From positions 1 to 53,975 of the forward strand of contig CAZYHQ010000003.1 in NCBI GenBank assembly GCA_964646855.1: a DNA stretch of 53,975 nt. Reading direction: 5' to 3'. Below, in pieces: positions 8,761 through 17,186 of the stretch; position 1 is the stretch's first letter; each line of letters starts with the position of its first letter. The position numbers and the translations under genes are program-made. The notes beneath the pieces are model-generated. The model saw nothing but the letters and a program-made list of their open reading frames with translations, had not been told where the DNA came from and did not search any database. Source of the stretch: an uncultured archaeon. GTDB lineage: Archaea; Aenigmatarchaeota; Aenigmatarchaeia; CG10238-14; SCSR01.

Positions 8761-10422
8761 TTATTTGTGAGTAAAGTATAAAACCGTTTCTTTGCCAGGT
8801 TTGTCCACCCTACAAAAGCCCACCCGGTAAAACTGAATTATGCTGCCCTTCTTCAAATTTTTGACCTCTTTCTCCGCGAGTGCTACCATCGCCTTGCCGT
8901 TCGGCATCACGATTTTTATTTTCACGCTCGGCCCGGAGACCCAATGGATTTTTGGCAGGTCGTAGCTGATTTCCTTTGAAACGAACCTGGCATCTTTTTT
9001 CAAATTGACTGTAAACAGGTTTATGAGCCCGACATCCTTCTCGTAAAACCTTTCGAAGTCCTCCCTCTCGACGAAAATCCTTTTCGCGTCCAAGCGTATT
9101 TTTCTTTTTCCCCTTTTTGGGAAGTCCGGATGAAAATTGATTTTTATGTTTTTGATTTTTGGGGACTTCAACACGGAAATTTCTATGGGGTCAAGTACAG
9201 CAAGATATCTGTTTGCCTGCGAGTCGATCAGCCTTCTGTTTTCTGCGTACAAAATCTCTTCCGGCACTGCGACGTCAGCAAGACTCAGCCCCATGCCGAT
9301 TACAAAATTTCTCAGCGCCTGCGGCTGTATGCCCCTGCGTTTCAGCGACATCAAACTCCACGTCCTCGGGTCGTCCCAACCGTAATAAATTTTTTTCTCT
9401 ATCGCCTTCCTAGATTCTGTTTTGCTGAGCTTCGCATCTCCCACCCGCAGAAATCCGTAATGGATGAATTCGGGCTTCCTCCAACCCATTTTGTCCCAGA
9501 TGAAATTTTCCATCATGTCCTCTATTACCAAATCCTTTCCGCGCAGCACATGCGTTATCCCAAGCGCATAGTCATCAACCGCCCAGGAAAATTCCAGCAT
9601 CGGCCAAACCTTGTATTTCCTGCCTACAAGAGGATGCTTCCTTTCAACCACACGCATCAAGACCCTGTCCCTGAATGCGGGATTCGGATCTTGCATATCT
9701 GTTTTAAGCCTGAGCACGGCCTGCCCCTCTTTGTATTTTCCAGCCAGCATTTTCTTCCACCTTTCCAGATTTTCTTTGCCAGAAAAAATTCTGTGCGAGC
9801 AGGCAACTCCCTCTCTGCGATTTATTCTTAAAGTTTCTATGTCGCATTCGCAAACGTATGCAATATTTTTTTTGATGAGCGTTTCAGCAAATCTGTAGAA
9901 AATCTTCAACCTTTTCGACTTCAAAACAAGCTTGTGATATTTCACTCCAAGCCACGCCAAATCGTTTTTTATCATCTTGTAAGCTTCTGGTAAAATGAAT
10001 TTTTCCTCGCTGCCTATAGTGTCGTCAATCACCAGCAGGAGCCTGCCCTTGTAGCGCTTTGCATACTCGTCATTCAGAATTACCATCCTCGAATTTCCTA
10101 TGTGCAACGGGCCGGAAGGATAAGGCGCCAACCGCATCACAACCTTCCCCTTTACTGCATTGGGCAGTTCGGCCAAACCGGTTTTCTCCGCAGGTTTCTC
10201 CTCGATTTTGTACTCGCCAATCCGTCTTTTTTGTTCGTCAAAAGGAATAGAATTCACTTCTTTGACGATTTTCCTGATTTCTTCCAGGGCCTCCTTAATT
10301 CTTTCCTTTGCCTCGGGCATTTCGGCTATCACCTTTCCCAATACCGCATGAATGTCCGCAGTCCCGTTGTGCTCGAGGGCGTTCAGCAGGGCATGTTTCC
10401 TTATTACTTCATCCATACTCAT
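8761..10422 (-). CDS. gltX: Glutamyl-tRNA synthetase (archaeal type)
   Basis: 553-aa ORF with class I HIGH-like motif (PSGPLHIGNSR) and KMSKS-like motif (AKLSKTESRK). Archaeal/eukaryal GluRS length. Confidence 0.9.
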   Translation of the reverse strand: MSMDEVIRKHALLNALEHNGTADIHAVLGKVIAEMPEAKERIKEALEEIRKIVKEVNSIPFDEQKRRIGEYKIEEKPAEKTGLAELPNAVKGKVVMRLAPYPSGPLHIGNSRMVILNDEYAKRYKGRLLLVIDDTIGSEEKFILPEAYKMIKNDLAWLGVKYHKLVLKSKRLKIFYRFAETLIKKNIAYVCECDIETLRINRREGVACSHRIFSGKENLERWKKMLAGKYKEGQAVLRLKTDMQDPNPAFRDRVLMRVVERKHPLVGRKYKVWPMLEFSWAVDDYALGITHVLRGKDLVIEDMMENFIWDKMGWRKPEFIHYGFLRVGDAKLSKTESRKAIEKKIYYGWDDPRTWSLMSLKRRGIQPQALRNFVIGMGLSLADVAVPEEILYAENRRLIDSQANRYLAVLDPIEISVLKSPKIKNIKINFHPDFPKRGKRKIRLDAKRIFVEREDFERFYEKDVGLINLFTVNLKKDARFVSKEISYDLPKIHWVSGPSVKIKIVMPNGKAMVALAEKEVKNLKKGSIIQFYRVGFCRVDKPGKETVLYFTHK

Positions 10423-10582
10423 GTTTTTCTTTTATCCCGATTTAACTTTTGCACGCGCATGATGAAATTTACAGTAAAATATACTTTACTTCATTTACTA
10501 TTCATAATATGTTTAATAACATATGGTACAAAACAAATATATTTTAAGTATAAATATCACTCAATCGAATAAAATATTAGGT

Positions 10583-10879
10583 ATGAACGTGGCGGCAAAG
10601 GAAAAAATTGTACCAAAACTTTTTCTGCGAACGAAACCTGTAAAAATGCTCTCAAGTTTGCGCAGCGGTCCCAAATACGCTACAGTTATATCAAAGGAAG
10701 TTGACTGCACTTATTCTCACACCGTGAAATTGCTGGATTTGTTCAAGGATTTCGGCCTGGTTGATTTCGAAAAAAAGGGCAGGATAAAGATTATCAAACT
10801 GACAACTATAGGAGAAGATCTCGCGCACGCAGTAGACGGAGTTTTGTTGAAACTTTCTAGAATTAAAGAGAAGAGCTAG
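10583..10879 (+). CDS. Winged-helix transcriptional regulator
   Basis: The ORF track gives 10523..10879. ATG at 10583 (MNVAAKEK...) is the preferred start. HTH-like segment YATVISKEVDCTYSHTVKLLDLFKDFGLVDFEKKGRIK. Confidence 0.55.
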   Translation: MNVAAKEKIVPKLFLRTKPVKMLSSLRSGPKYATVISKEVDCTYSHTVKLLDLFKDFGLVDFEKKGRIKIIKLTTIGEDLAHAVDGVLLKLSRIKEKS

Positions 10880-10953
10880 ACAATAAATTTTTCTCTTGCG
10901 AAGAAATGTCAATCATATAATCAATAATGGAATTCTTTTGTTGTTGAGGAGGC

Positions 10954-11301
10954 TCAAATCATTTCCATTTCTTTCTTCACAACTTCGAGTAAGGTTTTTT
11001 CTATGTACCTGTAGAAAAATTCCGGGGTCAGTTCGTAGGTTGTTTGAAATTTTTTCCTGCCACTCTCATCGATATTGACTTTTTTGTGGACTTGAATCAG
11101 ATCCCATTTGCGCAGAAAATGCAGCGGCTTGTAGAACATCGCAGGCCTTTCTATGCGCGAGATCCCAATTGCAGCTTCAAGTTGCTGTGCTTCTAGCTTG
11201 CCACCATTCTGTTTCAGAAGTTTTATGATCAGAGTTGTACGCTCTTTTATTTTGCCTGTCTTCGGGTGGTTCCCGATAATTAGGTGCATCGTAGTTTTCA
11301 T
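10954..11301 (-). CDS. Hypothetical protein, possible winged-helix fold
   Basis: 115-aa ORF with no diagnostic motif. Confidence 0.45.
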   Translation of the reverse strand: MKTTMHLIIGNHPKTGKIKERTTLIIKLLKQNGGKLEAQQLEAAIGISRIERPAMFYKPLHFLRKWDLIQVHKKVNIDESGRKKFQTTYELTPEFFYRYIEKTLLEVVKKEMEMI

Positions 11302-11337
11302 ACAAACAATATTTGGTTAAACAAATTAATAATTACA

Positions 11338-11535
11338 TCAACTTAGCAAGAGCCCGGCTAGAAAAAGCAAAACCGCTATCGAGAAAGAAATTATTGCAGA
11401 CGGAAGCTCGAGTCTTTTGTCGCCGTAAAAATGAAGAAATTCTGTCAGAAAATTTTTCCTACCATAGTATTGCAATACGTCTCTGATACCATGGACAAAC
11501 GCAAGAACCGCCAAGGCAATCAAGACAAAATTCAT
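11338..11535 (-). CDS. Small membrane protein (two hydrophobic segments)
   Basis: Internal ATG of ORF 11338..11718 gives MNFVLIALAVLAFVHGIRD...FSIAVLLFLAGLLLS (65 aa). The upstream part of the long ORF overlaps tfs out of frame. Confidence 0.4.
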   Translation of the reverse strand: MNFVLIALAVLAFVHGIRDVLQYYGRKNFLTEFLHFYGDKRLELPSAIISFSIAVLLFLAGLLLS

Positions 11536-11539
11536 GTGA

Positions 11540-11860
11540 TCAGCTGTACTCTCTCCAGACGTTTCCGCAAGTCTTGCAGCGGTAGAACCTGGTTGGCGGC
11601 TCGTCCGCCCCGCGGGTTTGCTGCATTGCCCACTCGGCTTCAACTTCTTTCTCGCACTTCGGGCAGAGAATTTTTGTAATCGCAAATTCTGAACTTTCCT
11701 CGGTGTTAACTTTTGCAACTTTTTCCTCGCCGTAGTTGGATGTAAAAGAAATTTCTTCAGTCAGTGGATACTCCTTGTTGCACTTCCTGCAGGAAAAAAC
11801 TTTCCCACCGGCGGAACTTTTTATAACGAGTATGTTCCCGCAGGTCTCACAAAATTTCAT
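11540..11860 (-). CDS. tfs: Transcription factor S (TFS) / RNA polymerase subunit M-like
   Basis: 106-aa ORF. N-terminal zinc ribbon (CETCGN...CRKC) and C-terminal TFIIS-type ribbon (CPKCE...QTRGADEPPTRFYRCKTCGNVWRE). Confidence 0.88.
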   Translation of the reverse strand: MKFCETCGNILVIKSSAGGKVFSCRKCNKEYPLTEEISFTSNYGEEKVAKVNTEESSEFAITKILCPKCEKEVEAEWAMQQTRGADEPPTRFYRCKTCGNVWREYS

Positions 11861-11962
11861 TAGAGAATATTGTTGTGGATGGTTTAAAAGTGTTATGGAG
11901 CATTAAGAGATTTACTATTTATTTATGGGTTTTATTTCTGTCAAAAAACTAAATTTATTTTA

Positions 11963-13198
11963 ATGAAGATCAGTCTATCCAAAAAAGTCATTTTGATAAT
12001 GGCGATAGCCGTCATCGGTGTCGTTGCATTTTTTGCAACAACATTTCAAAACATGAGCTTATTTTCGGAAAAAATCATGGAGACCCCGCAACAAACAACG
12101 GCTTTGCCGCCTGCAACTCAGCAAACCGAAACTACTAGCGGACACGAAAGCCGACCTTCACAGGGAAGCACTTTCAGGGAAAATCCTGAAATTCCTTCTG
12201 ATCAGGAGATGCAGAGCCTGCCAGACTGCAGCGGAAAATTATTTTCTGCAAATCCTGTCGACCTAGGAAAAATTACCGAAATTTCCCCTCTTGGAAATAT
12301 TGCTCCTCCCGGGCATACGTTCCCCACCGAGCATGTATTTTTTCACATAACAGCGGGCGGCCAGACGACTGACACAATACCATTATATTCGCCAGCAGAT
12401 GTGCACATCACGCTCATAACCTTTGACCACGGCGTCACCCAAGACCCTGTGGATTACACAATATGGTTTGCTTTGTGCAAAGACGTGATAGGATACTTCA
12501 ACCATGTGAAAGAGATTTCTTCCGAGCTGCAGCAGATAGTGTCGGAGTCTCAATGCAAGTTTCAGGGAGAGGATAAGTCGAAAAGATGCAACATTGAAAC
12601 CCTCGAATCGGTCGAAACTGGAAAGTTTATGGGGCGCGTCGGAAGACTGCAGGGAAATTTTGATTTTGGCCTCCTGGATCTGAGGAAGACGCTCACTTTC
12701 GCAAATCCGGACCGCTACGGCACAAGATCTCTGCACATTCAGTGCCCCTTTGACTATTACAATGCCACGATGAAGGCAAAATTTTTCGACCTGTTTGCCA
12801 GAACCGATGGACGGTGCGGAACAACAGCGCAAGATGCAATTGGAACTCTCAAGGGTAACTGGTTCTTTGGCAATGCGCGCGCCGACTTAGGAACCGACTG
12901 GGACAAGTATCTGGCGTTTGTGCAGGACAACGAAGACACGGCAAAGTCAGTGGTATCTATTGGAGGAGTTTTTATAACTGCCGAAAAATTCGAGTTTACA
13001 CCGCAGTCGTCAGGACTGGTCAACCGTGAATTCACAGGCGTGACTCCTGATGGAAATATTTACTGTTATGAAGGCCAATCCTTTTCTGGAAAAATACTTG
13101 TCCAGCTCGTGAGCAAAACAGAATTGAAAATCGAGCGTCAGGACGGAAGTTGCACCGGAAGCTTTTCGTTTTCTATTCCTACAAATTACAATCGTTGA
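11963..13198 (+). CDS. Membrane-anchored or secreted protein, paralog of 21335..22552 (putative LytM/M23-like barrel)
   Basis: 411-aa ORF with an N-terminal hydrophobic anchor. Blocks shared with 21335..22552: GH.(F/T)PT.H, SPAD..IT, DY.I....C, Y.HV.E.S, FDF, GNWF, (I/V)LVQ. Confidence 0.6.
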   Translation: MKISLSKKVILIMAIAVIGVVAFFATTFQNMSLFSEKIMETPQQTTALPPATQQTETTSGHESRPSQGSTFRENPEIPSDQEMQSLPDCSGKLFSANPVDLGKITEISPLGNIAPPGHTFPTEHVFFHITAGGQTTDTIPLYSPADVHITLITFDHGVTQDPVDYTIWFALCKDVIGYFNHVKEISSELQQIVSESQCKFQGEDKSKRCNIETLESVETGKFMGRVGRLQGNFDFGLLDLRKTLTFANPDRYGTRSLHIQCPFDYYNATMKAKFFDLFARTDGRCGTTAQDAIGTLKGNWFFGNARADLGTDWDKYLAFVQDNEDTAKSVVSIGGVFITAEKFEFTPQSSGLVNREFTGVTPDGNIYCYEGQSFSGKILVQLVSKTELKIERQDGSCTGSFSFSIPTNYNR

Positions 13199-13229
13199 TT
13201 CGGATAAAACAAAAAAATTCTGGGAGAGA

Positions 13230-14222
13230 TCAATTTTCTCCCTCTCCAATTATTAGCTTGGTATTTTCAGCAAGTCTTAGCGATGCAGTTGCTTGACCAA
13301 AGGACTCTCCGTATTTTGTTTCGTTGAATGCGATTTCAGCACGCACCAAGTGACTTAGCGCCTCTTCGAACAAGATTTCAGCGGAGTTTCTCAAAGTGGC
13401 ATTTGTTTGACTCGACGCAGAAAATTCTGTTTTCAGTTCGGCAACTTCTTCTCTTGCATCATTTAGTCGTTCTAAAGCCCTTTCCCTCTTATCTTGTAGA
13501 AGACTTAGAAACGATTGAAATTCTTCTTTAGCTTCTGCGGCTATTTCATTTGCAAGCACTTTAATTCGTATTCTAGCTGTTTCGCTGTTGTTGAACTTCA
13601 GCAACAAATCTTCTAGCGCTGTTCTCTGTTCAGCTGTAAGATCTCCTTTAATTCCTATCTCTATTCTTACTTTGGATTCGTTAGTAGTGCTAAGCATTTT
13701 GTCTATGAAATCTTCAATCGCTGCTTTCTGCTCTGCAGTAACATTGCCTCTTATCTCGATCCTCACTTTGACATCAGTTTTCACAACCCTGATTTCTTCT
13801 TCATGCTCTTCTATTTCAGCTTTAATTTTTTCTTTGGATTCACTTCTGCTCATTTTTGCAGAAGAATCAGACGCAACTTTCAGCATTACTTCGTGTTCAG
13901 CTTCTGATTTTGAAGCAGCCTCTAATTTATTTTTCAGAACCATTTCTCTAACTTCCAGCAATCTTTCACGTGCAACTTCGAGGGATTTTTCAGCTTTAGC
14001 AGTGGAGTCAAATGTCAGAATCAGACTCAGTCTGTCAACTGCTACGTCCAATGGCCAAATCGGAGAATCTGGAGTAACACCTGCTGTAACTATTTTACCG
14101 TTTGCAGTAATTTTATTTTCTGCAAAGCCTTTCGCACTGATGTCACTTTCTCCGAATGCAGCTGGAACAAAGCCTATGCTGACCATCAATGCTGTTAGTA
14201 TAGCGAAGAGTTTTGTCACCAT
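13230..14222 (-). CDS. Secreted coiled-coil repeat protein with N-terminal PDSP(I/L)-type helical domain (DUF5667-like)
   Basis: 330-aa ORF. Signal peptide MVTKLFAILTALMVSIGFVPAAFG. GVTPDSPIWPLDVAVDRL...LEVARERLLEV. Internal repeats VRIEIRGNVTAEQKAAIEDF / VRIEIGIKGDLTAEQRTALEDL. Confidence 0.6.
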   Translation of the reverse strand: MVTKLFAILTALMVSIGFVPAAFGESDISAKGFAENKITANGKIVTAGVTPDSPIWPLDVAVDRLSLILTFDSTAKAEKSLEVARERLLEVREMVLKNKLEAASKSEAEHEVMLKVASDSSAKMSRSESKEKIKAEIEEHEEEIRVVKTDVKVRIEIRGNVTAEQKAAIEDFIDKMLSTTNESKVRIEIGIKGDLTAEQRTALEDLLLKFNNSETARIRIKVLANEIAAEAKEEFQSFLSLLQDKRERALERLNDAREEVAELKTEFSASSQTNATLRNSAEILFEEALSHLVRAEIAFNETKYGESFGQATASLRLAENTKLIIGEGEN

Positions 14223-14334
14223 ACAATCACCGAAACTTTATTGCAGCCCGTCGCTTTTAAACCAAAACTAAGATTTAGGGTCCAGACCCTAAATTATAAA
14301 AATATTAAATACGTACAGAAATTACAGTACACAT

Positions 14335-15099
14335 ATGGAAGACGAGATTAAACTATCCAAGGATATGCTAAAAACAATGTCTGTGGATACTAGGGCCTCG
14401 ATCCTAAAATCCTTGGAGGCCAGGCAGATGACCGCTTCTGAGATTTCCCGCGTTCTAAATAAGCACGTCACTACAGTTTCCGAGCATTTATCTTTATTGC
14501 AAAGTTCGGGACTGGTCGAACGCATCGAGCGACCAGGCCACAAATGGATTTATTACAGATTGACCAAGAATGCCGACAGAATCCTGCACCCGAAAGTTTA
14601 TTACCGCTGGGCAATCATTCTGAGTTTGTCTGTAGTTGTTTTTGTAGGGACCATGGTCTCTTCAACAAATGCGTTGCCTGGAGATCCGCTGTACGGACTT
14701 AAGCGTTCAATCGAAACAGTGCAGCTTCTCGCCGCTGGCACAGAATACGAAAAAGCAAGACTGCATTTGGAAAATGCAGAGAAAAGATTGGACGAGGCAA
14801 AGGCTGTCGCAATAAAAAATAAAACCGCCGCCGCGGAAACAGCAATCATAGAGTATGCGAAAGAAATCATCGATGCAGACAAACAGTTGGAAATCGAACG
14901 CAGGAATGGGAAAGATGTTGGAGATTTGCTAGAAAAAGTAGTGGAAGACACTTCAAGGCACATTTCCATTCTTGAAAACATCAAAGACAGACGGCCAGAT
15001 TTGGAAAATGAAATCGAATCTACTTTAGAGATATCCAGAGAATCACACGACAAGTCTAAAGATCAACTGGAGAAATTGAAAGCTCCTCAAGGCAAATAA
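14335..15099 (+). CDS. Membrane-tethered ArsR-family HTH regulator with extracytoplasmic DUF5667-like domain
   Basis: 254-aa ORF. ArsR-type wHTH (RASILKSLEARQMTASEISRVLNKHVTTVSEHLSLLQSSGLVE), one TM segment (WAIILSLSVVVFVGTMV), then LPGDPLYGLKRSIE...LENAEKRLDEAKA. Confidence 0.65.
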   Translation: MEDEIKLSKDMLKTMSVDTRASILKSLEARQMTASEISRVLNKHVTTVSEHLSLLQSSGLVERIERPGHKWIYYRLTKNADRILHPKVYYRWAIILSLSVVVFVGTMVSSTNALPGDPLYGLKRSIETVQLLAAGTEYEKARLHLENAEKRLDEAKAVAIKNKTAAAETAIIEYAKEIIDADKQLEIERRNGKDVGDLLEKVVEDTSRHISILENIKDRRPDLENEIESTLEISRESHDKSKDQLEKLKAPQGK

Positions 15100-15230
15100 T
15101 TAAAAAATAAAAAATTCGAGCTCTTCGTACTGAGAAGTATCTTAACATCTGAATCCCTTTCAAGAGTCTTTACAAGTCTCTGGACGTTTGGTGAATAAAG
15201 CTTTATTTGTGTTGTATTTAATTTGTTTCA

Positions 15231-16388
15231 ATGCCTTCTAAATATCTGTTCACTTCAGAATCTGTAGCAGAGGGTCATCCTGATAAAGTTGCTGATCAAA
15301 TTTCAGATGCAGTACTCGATGCTGTGATTTCGCAAGATAAAAATGCGCGAGTAGATTGCGAGACTTTGATAATGCAGGGAACTGTTATTGTCACAGGGCA
15401 AATTACAACAACTGAAAAAATTAATTACAAGCGGATTGTGCGAGAAGTTTTGAAAGATATTGGATTGAATAATGCGAAAGATGGGTTGGATTGGGAAACT
15501 TGCGGAGTTCTTGTTTCGATAGAAGAGCAATCTCCAGATATTGCAATGGGTATTAACAAACTACCCGAAGAACAGGGCGCAGGTGATCAGGGACTGATGT
15601 TTGGTTACGCGACAAACGAAACTCCCGAGCTTATGCCCCTTCCGATTGTTCTTGCGCACAAACTTGTAAAAAGATTGTCAGAAGTTCGCAAGCAAAAAAT
15701 TCTTCCCTACTTGAGACCAGACGGAAAATCACAAGTTACGGTCGAATATGAAAATGGATTTCCAAAACGAATTGACGCGGTTGTCATCGCAGCGCAGCAC
15801 GATGAAAACATTTCTCGCGAGCAATTAAGAAACGATGTGGTTGAGAATGTGATTAAATTCGTTATTCCTTCAAACATGATTGACGGCAACACGAAATTTT
15901 TCATAAACGAGACTGGAAGATTCGTCATCGGCGGAACACTTGCTGATACGGGACTGACTGGACGAAAAATTATTGTCGACACTTACGGCGGAGTCGGTTC
16001 GCACGGCGGAGGATGCTTTTCTGGGAAAGACCCGAGCAAAGTAGACCGCTCAGGCAGCTACATGGCAAGGTATATTGCAAAAAATATTGTAGCGGCCGGC
16101 CTGGCTGACAGATGCGAAGTTCAAATTGCATATGCAATCGGAGTTGCCCAACCAGTTTCTGTTATGATAAATTCTTTTGGCACCGGGAAAGTTCTTGACG
16201 AGAAATTGGTTGATGCTGTAAAAAAGATTTTCGACATGAGGCCGGGGATGATAATCAGAAATCTGAATTTGCTCAGCCCGATTTACAGGAAGACCGCTTG
16301 TTACGGGCATTTCGGCAGAGACGAAAACATGTTCACTTGGGAGAGGACTGACAAAGCCAGCGAGCTAAGGAATTTGCTGGCTGTATGA
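15231..16388 (+). CDS. metK: S-adenosylmethionine synthetase, bacterial/eukaryal (MetK) type
   Basis: 385-aa [63 protein letters not shown]. Confidence 0.95.
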   Translation: MPSKYLFTSESVAEGHPDKVADQISDAVLDAVISQDKNARVDCETLIMQGTVIVTGQITTTEKINYKRIVREVLKDIGLNNAKDGLDWETCGVLVSIEEQSPDIAMGINKLPEEQGAGDQGLMFGYATNETPELMPLPIVLAHKLVKRLSEVRKQKILPYLRPDGKSQVTVEYENGFPKRIDAVVIAAQHDENISREQLRNDVVENVIKFVIPSNMIDGNTKFFINETGRFVIGGTLADTGLTGRKIIVDTYGGVGSHGGGCFSGKDPSKVDRSGSYMARYIAKNIVAAGLADRCEVQIAYAIGVAQPVSVMINSFGTGKVLDEKLVDAVKKIFDMRPGMIIRNLNLLSPIYRKTACYGHFGRDENMFTWERTDKASELRNLLAV

Positions 16389-16466
16389 CAGCCGGGGAAT
16401 TTCCCGGAAAGCGATAATTTAAATACGTTAATCACCAACTGAATATTCTCAAAAGGAGTGAATTAA

Positions 16467-16613
16467 ATGGCATTTGGAAGAGACTTCGGGCCTAGGGAAA
16501 TGCATAAGGCAACTTGTGCCGATTGCGGCAACGAGACCACAGTTCCCTTTAAGCCGACTGAAGGAAGACCAGTATATTGCAAAGAATGTTACCCTAAGCA
16601 CAGAAAATATTAG
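16467..16613 (+). CDS. Stand-alone CxxC-x17-CxxC zinc-binding domain protein
   Basis: Manual translation gives MAFGRDFGPREMHKATCADCGNETTVPFKPTEGRPVYCKECYPKHRKY (48 aa). Spacing is exactly CxxC-17-CxxC. GGAG-like SD upstream (aaaggagtgaattaaATG). Confidence 0.65.
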   Translation: MAFGRDFGPREMHKATCADCGNETTVPFKPTEGRPVYCKECYPKHRKY

Positions 16614-16669
16614 ATAGAAATTAGACAGAATTTCTAAGCTGTAAATCTGGGCGTCAAATTAAGGATAGC

Positions 16670-16909
16670 TTAACTTTTTCTAGTATTTATTTTATAATGC
16701 GCAGTGTCGTCCTTGACCTTTTCCAGGACTTTCCTGTTTTTTACAAGGGCGTTCAAGTGGTGCTTGACCGTGTTTAATTCGATTATCTTGTCGAACTTGC
16801 TGTTAACCCTGAAATTGATCCCTAGCGCGGATATTGGCATGCTCGATTCCCTGAGTATTTTCAAAATTTCAGGTTCCAGGTAAACGTTGTCGCTATTCCT
16901 TCCTCGCAC
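16670..16909 (-). CDS. Hypothetical small protein, possible winged helix
   Basis: 79-aa ORF. No conserved motif recognised. Confidence 0.4.
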   Translation of the reverse strand: MRGRNSDNVYLEPEILKILRESSMPISALGINFRVNSKFDKIIELNTVKHHLNALVKNRKVLEKVKDDTAHYKINTRKS

Positions 16910-17001
16910 TCAATTAGATTGGTTTTTGTAGGACTTATAACATTATGTAAAGCCTCGGGTCCGGCACACACAGATATTACTTTGGCCAAGAAAATTATGT
17001 C

Positions 17002-17103
17002 ATGAAGAAGTGTAACTGGTGCGGCAAGGATGTTCCTTTTGCGAAAATAAAAGTCAAGGGCAAGTTTTACTGCTCCGAGGAATGCAAGAAGAGCTGCGAA
17101 TGA
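17002..17103 (+). CDS. Tiny Cys-rich protein (C-x2-C-x16-C-x3-C, TRASH/MYM-like)
   Basis: Manual translation gives MKKCNWCGKDVPFAKIKVKGKFYCSEECKKSCE (33 aa). Very short, so weak. Confidence 0.3.
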   Translation: MKKCNWCGKDVPFAKIKVKGKFYCSEECKKSCE

Positions 17104-17186
17104 GTGCGAACGACGGTGAAAGACAAGGAATTTAAGTTGATAAAGTGAAATTCTCCTTCTAAAGAAAGGCAAACAAAGGTAAAATT

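Noticed and set aside
10440-10460. ATGATGA (C-box-like) sequence in the gltX upstream region as a C/D-box sRNA
   Set aside because: There is no matching D box (CTGA), C'/D' elements or terminal stem within a plausible distance.
11536-11718. Upstream part of the 126-aa ORF 11338..11718
   Set aside because: It overlaps the TFS gene (11540..11860) in another frame and translates to a basic low-complexity sequence. Only the hydrophobic C-terminal 65 aa from ATG 11535 are retained, at low confidence.
15100-15230. Possible SAM riboswitch or leader upstream of metK
   Set aside because: The 130-bp region is AT-rich with a TATA-like box. It shows no extended complementary stems or conserved SAM-riboswitch core that I can recognise.
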